Both the position numbers and the translations under genes were made by a program. A model generated the notes under the pieces. The model saw nothing but the letters and a program-made list of their open reading frames with translations, was not told where the DNA came from and did no database searches. Positions 9,558 to 18,500 of a stretch of 64,000 bases of DNA are shown here, in pieces; the stretch's first letter is position 1; each line of letters opens with the position of its first letter. The stretch is from the sequence record MT612988.1, one strand, 5' to 3'.

Positions 9558-9582
9558 GTTAAACCTCTTTATTTGTTTAACG

Positions 9583-9590
9583 TATTTATA
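9583..9590 (-). promoter_or_regulatory. T4-type late promoter TATAAATA
   Basis: Exact consensus 26 bp upstream of the ATG at 9557. Confidence 0.75.
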
Positions 9591-9591
9591 A

Positions 9592-10605
9592 TCAATTGTA
9601 ACTATATACTGAAGGGAAGTAGAATTCGTCAAGCCAGTCATCATACCACTCGTAGAAATCATTAACCAATTCAGGTGTGTGATTCGGAAGTGACGTTGTA
9701 TCTTTTGCATTTTCTAGCACTTCAAGACGTTCTTGCAGCACTTCAGACACATATTCCCACTTGTACTTACCTTGTTTCACGTCACGATAGAACGCTGCGT
9801 TCTTCAAAGGGAATTCCAACTTACCTACTGTTAGTATATCGATTGCTTGATCGATTACACGCATGGCATGTGATATCGCTTTCCAATCTGAACCACTTGC
9901 AGCACGCGCTTGATATGCACGAGCACCATATTTGCTCATCATCTTCTCAAGACGACCCGCAGCTTCTTCAAACGTTATCTCAAGACCGAATACTTTCTCA
10001 AGCACACTGAATGCAGGGTCTTTCAAATCGCTCGCGTCTTTAGTTTTAGGCCCATGATACCACTGAAAACGCACGTGAGCGTCTTCTGCACACAGTTCCC
10101 ATAGTTGTTTGCACAACTCAGGGCTTGAACCCAACTTCGCTTTAGAATCGACGTTGTGCGTCTCTACAGCACGGGCGAATTGCATAAGGCTGTTTAGTCG
10201 CGTACCTTTGATGCCGTACTTCTGTGCTTGATTGAGCGCGTAACCAGTCATTGCTTTAACGTTTGATGTCAAATACGTACTTGTTAACTCACGACACATA
10301 GCAGAGAATGCAGGGTTGCAGTCATCTGGGTTCTGTAGTGCATTAAATGCCAATTCAATTGCATACGACTGACCTGCAAGAAAGTCACGCATGAACACTT
10401 GAACTGGTATATATTCAAAGTCTTCATCGTCTGCACCGTTCTTCTCAAACGATTTGCCAGTCGTGTGTACTGAGTTCTTTATTGCAACACCGCGCAACAG
10501 TTTACGTATTTCAGGTTGAAAGACAGCTTTGTAGTCTGTATCTGACTCTGGCGTGTCTGTGCCATAGAGTTTCGAGCCGAATAGACTCGTGAATAGTACA
10601 TTCAT
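9592..10605 (-). CDS. Nucleotidyltransferase (T4 NrdC.11-like, Pol beta superfamily)
   Basis: FGSKLYGTDTPESDTDYKAVF (GS...DxD) and KAISHAMR motifs. Confidence 0.75.
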   Translation of the reverse strand: MNVLFTSLFGSKLYGTDTPESDTDYKAVFQPEIRKLLRGVAIKNSVHTTGKSFEKNGADDEDFEYIPVQVFMRDFLAGQSYAIELAFNALQNPDDCNPAFSAMCRELTSTYLTSNVKAMTGYALNQAQKYGIKGTRLNSLMQFARAVETHNVDSKAKLGSSPELCKQLWELCAEDAHVRFQWYHGPKTKDASDLKDPAFSVLEKVFGLEITFEEAAGRLEKMMSKYGARAYQARAASGSDWKAISHAMRVIDQAIDILTVGKLEFPLKNAAFYRDVKQGKYKWEYVSEVLQERLEVLENAKDTTSLPNHTPELVNDFYEWYDDWLDEFYFPSVYSYN

Positions 10606-10877
10606 TGTACACTCTCCCGCATAGCGATCATTGCGGTGTAGTTCATTACACTCACGTGATCATTATCTTCAAGTGCTTTATCGCGCAACTCATAGAGATA
10701 GTCGATAGAGCACACATTAGGGTCGAACCAACCATGACGACCTTTCTTGCGTGCATCAGCAAGTTTTCTAGCCATTTCGTGACTAGAAGCAATGATCAAT
10801 TGCTTATCAGCCCACTCTTCGTCTGGTTCAATTGATGGGTCAATAGCTAAATTCATGCTTATTTGAAAGAAGTTCAT
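10602..10877 (-). CDS. Hypothetical protein
   Basis: Coupled ORF; KKGRHGW motif. Confidence 0.65.
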   Translation of the reverse strand: MNFFQISMNLAIDPSIEPDEEWADKQLIIASSHEMARKLADARKKGRHGWFDPNVCSIDYLYELRDKALEDNDHVSVMNYTAMIAMRESVQ

Positions 10878-10879
10878 AA

Positions 10880-11344
10880 TTACCCCAGTGTCAATGTATT
10901 CATCATTTGTGTTTTATAGTTATCACCTAGACCGCTACTGCGTGCAGCTTGAATACCGATGTAGATGCGCTTGTTGAATGGTTTCACGATTGACTCTAGA
11001 ATTTCAACGATGTCGTGACCTAACATAGGCTGCACGTGCTCGATGAAGATATGTTCACGATCTTGAGTACATGCAAATGAAACTGCCTCAATGAGTTTTT
11101 CAAGATTCAGTCCACCACATACAACCAATGCACCAACACCAATTTTATTAGCCATATTAGCGGGATGTGTTTCTGTAACGATCATTGTACAGTTGTCGAT
11201 GCCACGTTGCATCATCATACCCAATAGCATAGTGTTTTTACCACTTGCAGGTGAGCCTAGAACAACTGTGCTGTACTCGCCATTTAAAATACTCAGCTTA
11301 GAAACAGTAGTGTTCGCAGCGCGTAGAATGTCTTTTGGTGTCAT
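10880..11344 (-). CDS. P-loop-like hypothetical protein
   Basis: Start moved to MTPKDIL; Walker A-like GSPASGKN. Confidence 0.5.
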   Translation of the reverse strand: MTPKDILRAANTTVSKLSILNGEYSTVVLGSPASGKNTMLLGMMMQRGIDNCTMIVTETHPANMANKIGVGALVVCGGLNLEKLIEAVSFACTQDREHIFIEHVQPMLGHDIVEILESIVKPFNKRIYIGIQAARSSGLGDNYKTQMMNTLTLG

Positions 11345-11479
11345 AATATAAATCTCTTTTTGTTGGATTATTGAACGTTTAATCAGAATATGCCTTATGA
11401 TAAGCATTTTTTACACTTTAGTCAACAATTATTTTGTCTTTTTTATGAGAAAATTGTAAATCAAGTAGTGTTGTAGCAC

Positions 11480-11485
11480 TAAATA
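11480..11485 (+). promoter_or_regulatory. Late promoter core TAAATA
   Basis: Upstream of the plus-strand structured region and ORF 11610. Confidence 0.55.
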
Positions 11486-11512
11486 TATCATACACAATAT
11501 TTTATTCAGTTT

Positions 11513-11586
11513 CGAGGGTCGTGACTATGTATCGCATTGGTCACTGCGAGTATTGGTTCCAACTATAGTCGCTTCCCTCGTTTTTT
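11513..11586 (+). ncRNA. Candidate three-way-junction RNA or 5-prime leader
   Basis: Outer stem CGAGGG/CCCTCG encloses two hairpins (GTGACTATG/CATTGGTCAC; GCGA...TTG/CAA...TCGC) and is followed by T6. Confidence 0.45.
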
Positions 11587-11609
11587 ATTACTGACAACAA
11601 AGGAATACC

Positions 11610-12170
11610 GTGATGGAACTTAAAACATTTGATGAATATAAAGAAACAGAGCTTAAAGAAGCTACAATAAAGCAATGGGCTGGTCGTTCTGCATTAGCTG
11701 GTGCATCTCTCGGTGCTGCATTTGGCTTTATGACCGCAGCAGCGGGTGCGACAGCAACAGGTGGTTTGGCAGTCGCTGTACCACTTGCAACATGGGGTGC
11801 AATTAGTCTCGGTATTCATGGTCTTATTGGTGGTGCGTTATTTGCAGGCGGTCAAGCACGCAAAGACTACAGTGAACTCAAAAAGACTATGAAGAAAATC
11901 GAGAAGTATCGCTCACTGAAACAAGACGATATCACTGAGAAGAAAGTAGCAGCATTTGAAAAAGACTTAGAGCGTTCGCTGTTCTTAGTTCGTAAGCTTC
12001 GCACAAGTCTCAACAGTGACATTGATATTGCAACAGCGAAAGGCGTATTTCGTAGCGACATCAAGCAATCTGATCAATATCTTCAAGGTCTTGAGAAGAT
12101 GGAAGCAGAGCTGATAAAGATTGAAAAGGCTACTAAACGTGCTAAAAAAGCCGCTAAGAAGTCAAAATAA
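11610..12170 (+). CDS. Late protein: CTS-like N-terminus, Gly/Ala hydrophobic hairpin, C-terminal coiled coil
   Basis: MMELKTFDEYKETELKE; GxxxG-rich residues about 25-80; AAGGA SD; opposite strand to neighbours. Confidence 0.75.
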   Translation: MMELKTFDEYKETELKEATIKQWAGRSALAGASLGAAFGFMTAAAGATATGGLAVAVPLATWGAISLGIHGLIGGALFAGGQARKDYSELKKTMKKIEKYRSLKQDDITEKKVAAFEKDLERSLFLVRKLRTSLNSDIDIATAKGVFRSDIKQSDQYLQGLEKMEAELIKIEKATKRAKKAAKKSK

Positions 12171-12171
12171 C

Positions 12172-12202
12172 AAAAAAAGGGAGCTAATTGCTCCCTTTTT
12201 TT
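12172..12202. terminator. Bidirectional intrinsic terminator
   Basis: A7-GGGAGC-TAATT-GCTCCC-T7 between convergent genes. Confidence 0.85.
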
Positions 12203-12692
12203 ATCTGCGACGTTTTTTAAACTTCGATTTTTTCACTTTTTTGACTGCTCGATTTAAAAAGCTTTCTTTTTTCTGTTTCTTCTTGACTACAGTCTTTGTT
12301 ATCTTCTTCGCTTCTACCTTTTTAGGTTCAACACGTTTAATCACTGGCGCTTTCTTTACAGGCTGCTTGATTACAACTTGCTTAACGTGCGTCTTCTTCG
12401 ACTCAAAAGAATCACCTACTTCGTCGATTAACTCAGCAGCAACAAAACCAATCGCTGCATCACCTAAATCAAACCCGTCATCTTGCTGTACAACGACTGT
12501 CTGTGGTTGTTGCGGTTGTTCTTCAACAACAGGCGGCGTCACATCAAACTTTTCAGTAGTTGGTGCGTCAACTAGTAGCTGTTCATCTTCTTGTTCAGCA
12601 TAGTAAGCGTTAGTATCAAGCGTCGCAGGTTTGTTGTCACATGCGGCAAGTGTCAGTGTTGCTAGTGCAACGAGTATAATTTTACGAATCAT
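12201..12692 (-). CDS. Lipoprotein with Lys-rich C-terminal tail
   Basis: Lipobox LAAC after a signal peptide; tail ends KKVKKSKFKKRRR. Confidence 0.7.
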   Translation of the reverse strand: MIRKIILVALATLTLAACDNKPATLDTNAYYAEQEDEQLLVDAPTTEKFDVTPPVVEEQPQQPQTVVVQQDDGFDLGDAAIGFVAAELIDEVGDSFESKKTHVKQVVIKQPVKKAPVIKRVEPKKVEAKKITKTVVKKKQKKESFLNRAVKKVKKSKFKKRRR

Positions 12693-13372
12693 AATAGCTC
12701 CGTGTGAAATAATTCACTAGTTTCTTCAAAGAATTTAACAGCATCTTTTTCATTGATGAAAGTATGCCACTTCATTGATGTATGTTGCGTTTCGACTATT
12801 AGCTGATTTATTGCTACGACATATCGACCGCTATCATCTTGACCAAGTGTAACAAATCTATCGGCTTTATCGTTGCTGTCAAAATACTGGTCAATTATTG
12901 TATCTATACCATGTGCATCTTTATCAAATCGAACTTCTTGATCGATGCCTAAATGCGTCTCAAGACGGTCTAGTTTGTGCAATAATGCATCGTTCTGACT
13001 CTTCAACACGCGATTCTGAATGCTTTTATCAAACTTGGACACGACCCATGAGTTGATAATACCAATAGTCAAACCCAGTAACGATGTACCAACAACAAAC
13101 ATACACCCGATGACATATCGACCACCTGTAGTGACAGGGTACTTGTCACCAAAACCGATTGTACTCATTGCCATCCATACTGTCCAGAAAGAATCACCCG
13201 GTGTTGTGATGTTCGCGTCAGGGTTTTGTATTTCGAATGAAAATAATATATTTGCCGCAGTAAGTGCTATTGATAGAGCGATTACTATCATCAAACCGAA
13301 TATCATCAGCATATTATACTGAGCAACTCCATGCTCATCGTATTTTCGAATATGTTTCTTAAATCGTTTCAT
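12689..13372 (-). CDS. Two-TM potassium channel (KcsA-like)
   Basis: TM1, pore helix DSFWTVWMAMS, filter TIGFGDKYPVT, TM2, cytoplasmic tail. Confidence 0.88.
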   Translation of the reverse strand: MKRFKKHIRKYDEHGVAQYNMLMIFGLMIVIALSIALTAANILFSFEIQNPDANITTPGDSFWTVWMAMSTIGFGDKYPVTTGGRYVIGCMFVVGTSLLGLTIGIINSWVVSKFDKSIQNRVLKSQNDALLHKLDRLETHLGIDQEVRFDKDAHGIDTIIDQYFDSNDKADRFVTLGQDDSGRYVVAINQLIVETQHTSMKWHTFINEKDAVKFFEETSELFHTELL

Positions 13373-13703
13373 TGTCGTTCACCGCCAGTGCAATTGTGAA
13401 TTGAAAGTATTCTTTAAGTTCTGCATAATCAGAATCACTTAGAGTTTCTTTGATGAATTTGATAGTTGCCTTCAATGCACCGTGAGGCAAGATAACTTGA
13501 TCATCGTTGCAGTACTCAATGTCATAACGCTCGGCTAACACATTCAGATGATAATCGCGATATACTGAACGTTGAATACTGTTCATGCAGCCATATGCGA
13601 AAGCAAGAGCACTGCGGTATTTTTCTTTATTAACGACCGCTGCGTCATTCTGTTCGACAAGTGCTTCAACAGCGCGTAAGTCAGTAGCGTTCATAACTTT
13701 CAT
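13359..13703 (-). CDS. Hypothetical protein
   Basis: GAGGA SD; packed ORF. Confidence 0.65.
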   Translation of the reverse strand: MKVMNATDLRAVEALVEQNDAAVVNKEKYRSALAFAYGCMNSIQRSVYRDYHLNVLAERYDIEYCNDDQVILPHGALKATIKFIKETLSDSDYAELKEYFQFTIALAVNDNETI

Positions 13704-13715
13704 AATGTTTTCCTC

Positions 13716-13973
13716 TTATAAGCAATCAATGTGAACTTCGATAGAATTTAGGTCATCAGACGAGAACCACGTAATATCATACGGTTGAACGTCATCAGTA
13801 TCGTCATCGTGAACATAACCAACACCGATGCTACCACGACGTGGTGAAACTACAAGACAGCCGATGATTTCACGATACTCAGTGATTGTGTGAACTTCAC
13901 CATCAGTAGTTGTACAAGCATAGTCGATGTCATATGTTGATTCTAGTGAAGCGATAATTTGTTGTGCAGTCAT
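13716..13973 (-). CDS. Hypothetical acidic protein
   Basis: First gene after the PeSL-like promoter at 14009-14047. Confidence 0.65.
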   Translation of the reverse strand: MTAQQIIASLESTYDIDYACTTTDGEVHTITEYREIIGCLVVSPRRGSIGVGYVHDDDTDDVQPYDITWFSSDDLNSIEVHIDCL

Positions 13974-14008
13974 AATGTTCTCTTTCGTTGTTTCGTTTCA
14001 GTAGTTGT

Positions 14009-14047
14009 ATAATACACAAAAGGGCTGACCGAAGTCAACCCTTTTTT
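14009..14047 (-). promoter_or_regulatory. PeSL-like terminator/early promoter
   Basis: Minus strand AAAAAAAGGG-TTGACT-TCGGTCAGCCCTTTT-GTG-TATTAT; UUCG loop; directly after the rIIB stop. Confidence 0.8.
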
Positions 14048-14051
14048 AAAA

Positions 14052-15092
14052 TTATTTCAAAGTATTTTTGTCTAGCTCTTTCAGAACTAGATATTCGCTA
14101 CAGCGCAACTTGGTGTTGTTGTAATCAGATGGTACAGACACAACATCACGTGGGTTGACTTTACAAAGCACGACGCGATTACCCGCAGCACCACCAAAGT
14201 GTGGCAAGTAACCTTTCGAACAGACATGCAGACCAGCCGAACAAGTTTGATCTTTGTTGTCGTTCACTTGGTGACGCAACATCCATACACGTGTACCTGG
14301 CTTATTGCACATTTTGTTACTGTGAATGTCTTTGTAGTTGTCGCGAATCTTTTTGTACGCTAAGAAGTGACCATCATCGGTTAGTTCGATATCAGCAGCT
14401 TCTAAGAAGCCGTAAAGCTCTTCGACAGCGCGACGCGATGGGTTCTCGATTAGATTCTCGAAGAACTTCACGAGTTTAGTCACTTGAGTCTTGTCACCAT
14501 CTTCCATAGCTTCAAGAATGCGACCAGTCATACCACCATCGATATCAAGGTCTTTGTACTTAACAACGCCACCTTTCACTTTGACATTACCAAGCATAAA
14601 CTCTTCAATGCCTTTTGCTACATCTAGAAGTTCAACTGCGGTAGCACCGTCATTGTCTAGCAATGCTTCAACGATCTTGCTGTAGTTCGGTGCTGTGATA
14701 TCGGCAGAATAAGCTTGACCGTCAACAGTAAAAGACACGTTAACTGGCGTGATTACATAAGCGAATTCTTCAATCGCCTCGTCAAGCTTTTGATCAAGAG
14801 TCTTTTCAGGCTCAGGTGCTTTCGTCTTAGGCGTTGGCTCTTTAGTACCAGTAGTGTCTAGCAACTTCTCTAGGTTTTCTTTGAATACGTCTTGACAATG
14901 TTGTTTACGGCGCGGGCGTTTGACAACTTGCTTTGCAGTATTCAAGCTGAATTTACCATCACGATGTTCAGCAAGAACACGGCGTAGAGTGGTTGGCGAA
15001 GTCCCATGCTTCGCCGCGTTGTCTTTCTGTGTCATACCATTAGCAGATGCTTTAACGATAGACTGTTTTGTTTCGAGTGGCAAGTTAACCAT
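14052..15092 (-). CDS. rIIB: RIIB protein
   Basis: N-terminal HTH; GHFLAYKKIR, CSAGLHVC, VNPRDVVSVPSDYNNTKLRCSEY. Confidence 0.92.
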   Translation of the reverse strand: MVNLPLETKQSIVKASANGMTQKDNAAKHGTSPTTLRRVLAEHRDGKFSLNTAKQVVKRPRRKQHCQDVFKENLEKLLDTTGTKEPTPKTKAPEPEKTLDQKLDEAIEEFAYVITPVNVSFTVDGQAYSADITAPNYSKIVEALLDNDGATAVELLDVAKGIEEFMLGNVKVKGGVVKYKDLDIDGGMTGRILEAMEDGDKTQVTKLVKFFENLIENPSRRAVEELYGFLEAADIELTDDGHFLAYKKIRDNYKDIHSNKMCNKPGTRVWMLRHQVNDNKDQTCSAGLHVCSKGYLPHFGGAAGNRVVLCKVNPRDVVSVPSDYNNTKLRCSEYLVLKELDKNTLK

Positions 15093-17154
15093 TGCGTTTT
15101 CCTCTCAAGAGTTTAATTAGTTTTGTAGTTGATTCTTCACACGTGTTAGAACCAACAAGTTTGAATAGCAATTCATATTTCGATTCATTTTGAATCTTTT
15201 TCAACTTCTCTAAGTGCTTTTCTTGCTCTTGTGTTCGAACGTCGCGAATAGCAGAGAAGTGGTCGCACAGTCGATCAATCGTCTGATTACACGTGTGATA
15301 AGAACGAGCGTAACCGAAATGATTACGAACAGCATCATTATTCCACGTCATCACAAGCGCACTGCGATACCCGTACAGATTGTTATCAACTGTGTATGAT
15401 TTCCAATCAATTTTACTACGCAATTCACGCTTGTTAAACTTAATATCAAAGATATTTACAGCATTTTCATTACCTTTGATGTGAACGTACTCAGGACGTC
15501 GAGCGATGTAAACAACATCAATGCCTTTAATACGCATAATCGTCTCGATCATACCCAACGAACGATGGTAATCAAGACCATGACCACACTCTGGTACTTT
15601 CTCAATGTAATCACGGAACAGACTTACGTAATGAAACGAACCGCTCTTTAATACTTCGCGTTTAACGTCAGATGCTTTAACTGTACGCTCGCCGTCTTCA
15701 TTAATTCGCATTTCATACAAACGAATTGTAGCTGACACTGGTTTTTTCTTGACGCTCTTCTTCTGAGGCGTGTAATTCGCTTTCAAATCAGACGTTTTCA
15801 ACACGCGATACTCACAATCACGAAGACGTTCTTTGAAGAATGCCAACGGTGCAGTCGTAGACGGCTTATCGTCATGATGATAGAAAATACTCACGTTTTC
15901 TTGACGAATATATTCTTTTGTGATTGCAACACCACCAGACTTCAAATCGTCAACAATGACCGTAATCGGTTTTTTAGAGTAATCATTACGCGGGTTGACC
16001 AAGTCGTACGGACGCGCAGCACGGGTATTGCGTTGAACACCTTCTTTATTGCTGCACTCAGGTCGCATACGTACAGTTTTACCCATAATCGGGAAATCTT
16101 TAAGCATACGACTTGCATAAGTCGCCACAAGCTCGTCATTAAACTTCAGCTTCTTCAGCACAACGTCATTGAAACGATTGTCACAAGCGCGATATGCATC
16201 ACCGATATAATCAAAGTTTTGATCATCAACCCATTTCTGTGCTTCAGCTAGAAACTTAGAATTGATTTCATTCACACGCTTATTGATATTGTCAATCGTA
16301 TAGTCATCATAGTGAAGCTCTTCACGAGACGCACTGACATCGAGTTCACCAATCGGGAATTCAATGTATAGATCAGAGTTCTTGAAGTAGTTTCGAACTA
16401 GATGAATATCTTGAATGTGATATTCACTTAGTGGGTAACAAACATTGCCCATTACTGCGTAAACATCACCAGAACGCCATGAATTCTTCTTGTTTTCAGT
16501 GAAGTAACCGTCCATATGAGTGAAATTACGCTCAGAAAGAGTGATATTCGTCTCAACAGCAGGTGCTTTGAAGTACGGCATTACTTTGTTTGCAGCTTCT
16601 TTGAAGCGATTGAAGTCTTCTTTACGTACTGGTACGATTACTTCAACACCATCAGGCTCATCAGTTGGTGCAGGCTCTGACATACAAGTGATTGCAGGTT
16701 CGCCATTATCAAGATAAGCAGAGTAAACCGCTTTAAGACCGTTCTTTGTTGACTTAACAGTGAACGATTGACCGTTGTTATAGCTAAACGGTGTCTTAGA
16801 ACCAAGACCCATTGCACCAATCACGTCGTTCGAGTCGTCTTTCGTCGAATCAAAAACAGTCGTGTACACGCCAAAGATCTCGTCATCGCTCATACCACAA
16901 CCGAAATCTTTCACTGCAAACCATGGTTCAAACTGATTCGGCAAGTGTACTTCGATTGCTTTATCGATATTTTTGTTCATTTGATGAGCATCCCAGCCGT
17001 TACATGTCAATTCACGTACAATAGCTAGAATAGGGTCTTTGTATAGTGTAGTCGAAATAATACGAAAGCCTTTTGCACTTGCTTTCATATTAAAGCCAGC
17101 CGTTCGCATCTTACCAGATGTTTGGACTTTACTTTCAGGGGTATGAATAATCAT
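15085..17154 (-). CDS. rIIA: RIIA protein (N-terminal GHKL ATPase-like domain)
   Basis: LYKDPILAIVRELTCNGWDAH, VKDFGCGM, GAMGLGSKTPFSY; adjacent to rIIB. Confidence 0.92.
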   Translation of the reverse strand: MIIHTPESKVQTSGKMRTAGFNMKASAKGFRIISTTLYKDPILAIVRELTCNGWDAHQMNKNIDKAIEVHLPNQFEPWFAVKDFGCGMSDDEIFGVYTTVFDSTKDDSNDVIGAMGLGSKTPFSYNNGQSFTVKSTKNGLKAVYSAYLDNGEPAITCMSEPAPTDEPDGVEVIVPVRKEDFNRFKEAANKVMPYFKAPAVETNITLSERNFTHMDGYFTENKKNSWRSGDVYAVMGNVCYPLSEYHIQDIHLVRNYFKNSDLYIEFPIGELDVSASREELHYDDYTIDNINKRVNEINSKFLAEAQKWVDDQNFDYIGDAYRACDNRFNDVVLKKLKFNDELVATYASRMLKDFPIMGKTVRMRPECSNKEGVQRNTRAARPYDLVNPRNDYSKKPITVIVDDLKSGGVAITKEYIRQENVSIFYHHDDKPSTTAPLAFFKERLRDCEYRVLKTSDLKANYTPQKKSVKKKPVSATIRLYEMRINEDGERTVKASDVKREVLKSGSFHYVSLFRDYIEKVPECGHGLDYHRSLGMIETIMRIKGIDVVYIARRPEYVHIKGNENAVNIFDIKFNKRELRSKIDWKSYTVDNNLYGYRSALVMTWNNDAVRNHFGYARSYHTCNQTIDRLCDHFSAIRDVRTQEQEKHLEKLKKIQNESKYELLFKLVGSNTCEESTTKLIKLLRGKRNG

Positions 17155-17355
17155 GTATTTCTCACATATCGTTAATTACCTCGTTTAGAGCGTCCACTGC
17201 TTCTATATGAGGCATCTTGTATTGCTTTTCAAGACAATGAATGATGTCATCGAATTCATATTCAGACTCAATCATGTCGCGTATCATGTTGTCAATCATA
17301 GTAGTTCTCCTTCATTTTAAGAGCATTATACACAATTGACAACTCACGTCAACAA

Positions 17356-17664
17356 CTATCGAGGGATTACCGTGCGAAGATTTGCAGCTTCTACTAACGC
17401 AGCGCGATAAGCATCTGGATACTTTTGCTCGACGATTTCAGGTTCGACAATCGTCGCTGAACTACCGCAAGGTAATTTGGCATTGTTGCTAACACCACCA
17501 TAAGTTCTGAGTTCTAGGTATTTACGACGATCATCAGGCAAGTCAACAACGAGCAGTACGCTCATTGAGTAAGAACGACCTGAGTTCTTTGCACGCAATA
17601 CAAAGTCACCGTCTTTAATTTCTCGACCGAAAAAATCTGTTTGTCTAGTCATCACATGCCTCAC
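17356..17664 (-). CDS. Hypothetical protein
   Basis: TDFFGREIKDGDFV N-terminus typical of phage SH3-like proteins. Confidence 0.6.
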   Translation of the reverse strand: MRHVMTRQTDFFGREIKDGDFVLRAKNSGRSYSMSVLLVVDLPDDRRKYLELRTYGGVSNNAKLPCGSSATIVEPEIVEQKYPDAYRAALVEAANLRTVIPR

Positions 17665-17917
17665 TCAGTGTTGATTGACCGAAATACCAGCTACCTGCAA
17701 ATGTAAGTTTCTTGCAGCCGTCTTTGGTGAAATCTTGCCAGAAGTCTACTTGCCAACCGTTTGTCTCAAGATCATGAGCTTCGTAGCCAATTTCTTGTAA
17801 GTAGTTGACAATATCAAACGGAGTAAACTCTTGCACGCTGTGTGCAATATTTGAACCTGCTTCAATTTTTTCAATCGCGAGGTCAATTACTTCTTTGATT
17901 CGAGTTTTATCTACCAT
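17645..17917 (-). CDS. Hypothetical protein
   Basis: TNGWQVDFW motif; packed ORF. Confidence 0.65.
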   Translation of the reverse strand: MVDKTRIKEVIDLAIEKIEAGSNIAHSVQEFTPFDIVNYLQEIGYEAHDLETNGWQVDFWQDFTKDGCKKLTFAGSWYFGQSTLSEACDD

Positions 17918-18267
17918 TTTCGAATAATATCCCCGTTGTTTGTGCTTACATTACCAGCAACATCACCACATTTGATATCACCGTTTGTTGATGATACTGA
18001 ACCATCAACATCGTCACATTCAATATCGCCATTAGTCGTTGTCACGTCACCTTGTACGTTACGACATGCAATATTGCCGTTCTCGTTTTGAACAAGAGTA
18101 CAGTCACCATCAATGTACACGTTTACCACGCGGTCATCAATATCACCTTGCAAACGACCGTCAACAACGACTTTGCCGTTCTTAACTGTCACGCTTGTAC
18201 CGTGATACTCAGTACCATTGATCTTAATCGTACTACGACTTGCTAGATTTGCTTTAAAATTGGACAT
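17911..18267 (-). CDS. Beta-solenoid repeat protein (DUF4097/bactofilin-like)
   Basis: Repeats of V.G.V.T.NG.I; start moved to MSNFKANL (AAGGGA SD). Confidence 0.6.
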   Translation of the reverse strand: MSNFKANLASRSTIKINGTEYHGTSVTVKNGKVVVDGRLQGDIDDRVVNVYIDGDCTLVQNENGNIACRNVQGDVTTTNGDIECDDVDGSVSSTNGDIKCGDVAGNVSTNNGDIIRKW

Positions 18268-18284
18268 AGATTCCCTTATTTTTC

Positions 18285-18500
18285 TCATTTTCGTAAACGA
18301 CATGCCACTCTCCACATGTAAACATCACCGAGCGTAGATTCAGTTGAAACCAAGTAGGTCTCTAGCAATAGTTCGCTTTTGCGACTAAACAACTGAGTGC
18401 CGAATAGTGAATAATGAACATCACCATCTACGATTTTCATTTGTTGTGGTTTGTCGAATGTGTCTAGTAGACCTTCATAAGTTTCAACTGAAGTAATCAT
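18285..18500 (-). CDS. Hypothetical protein
   Basis: Coupled to the MTase stop. Confidence 0.55.
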   Translation of the reverse strand: MITSVETYEGLLDTFDKPQQMKIVDGDVHYSLFGTQLFSRKSELLLETYLVSTESTLGDVYMWRVACRLRK

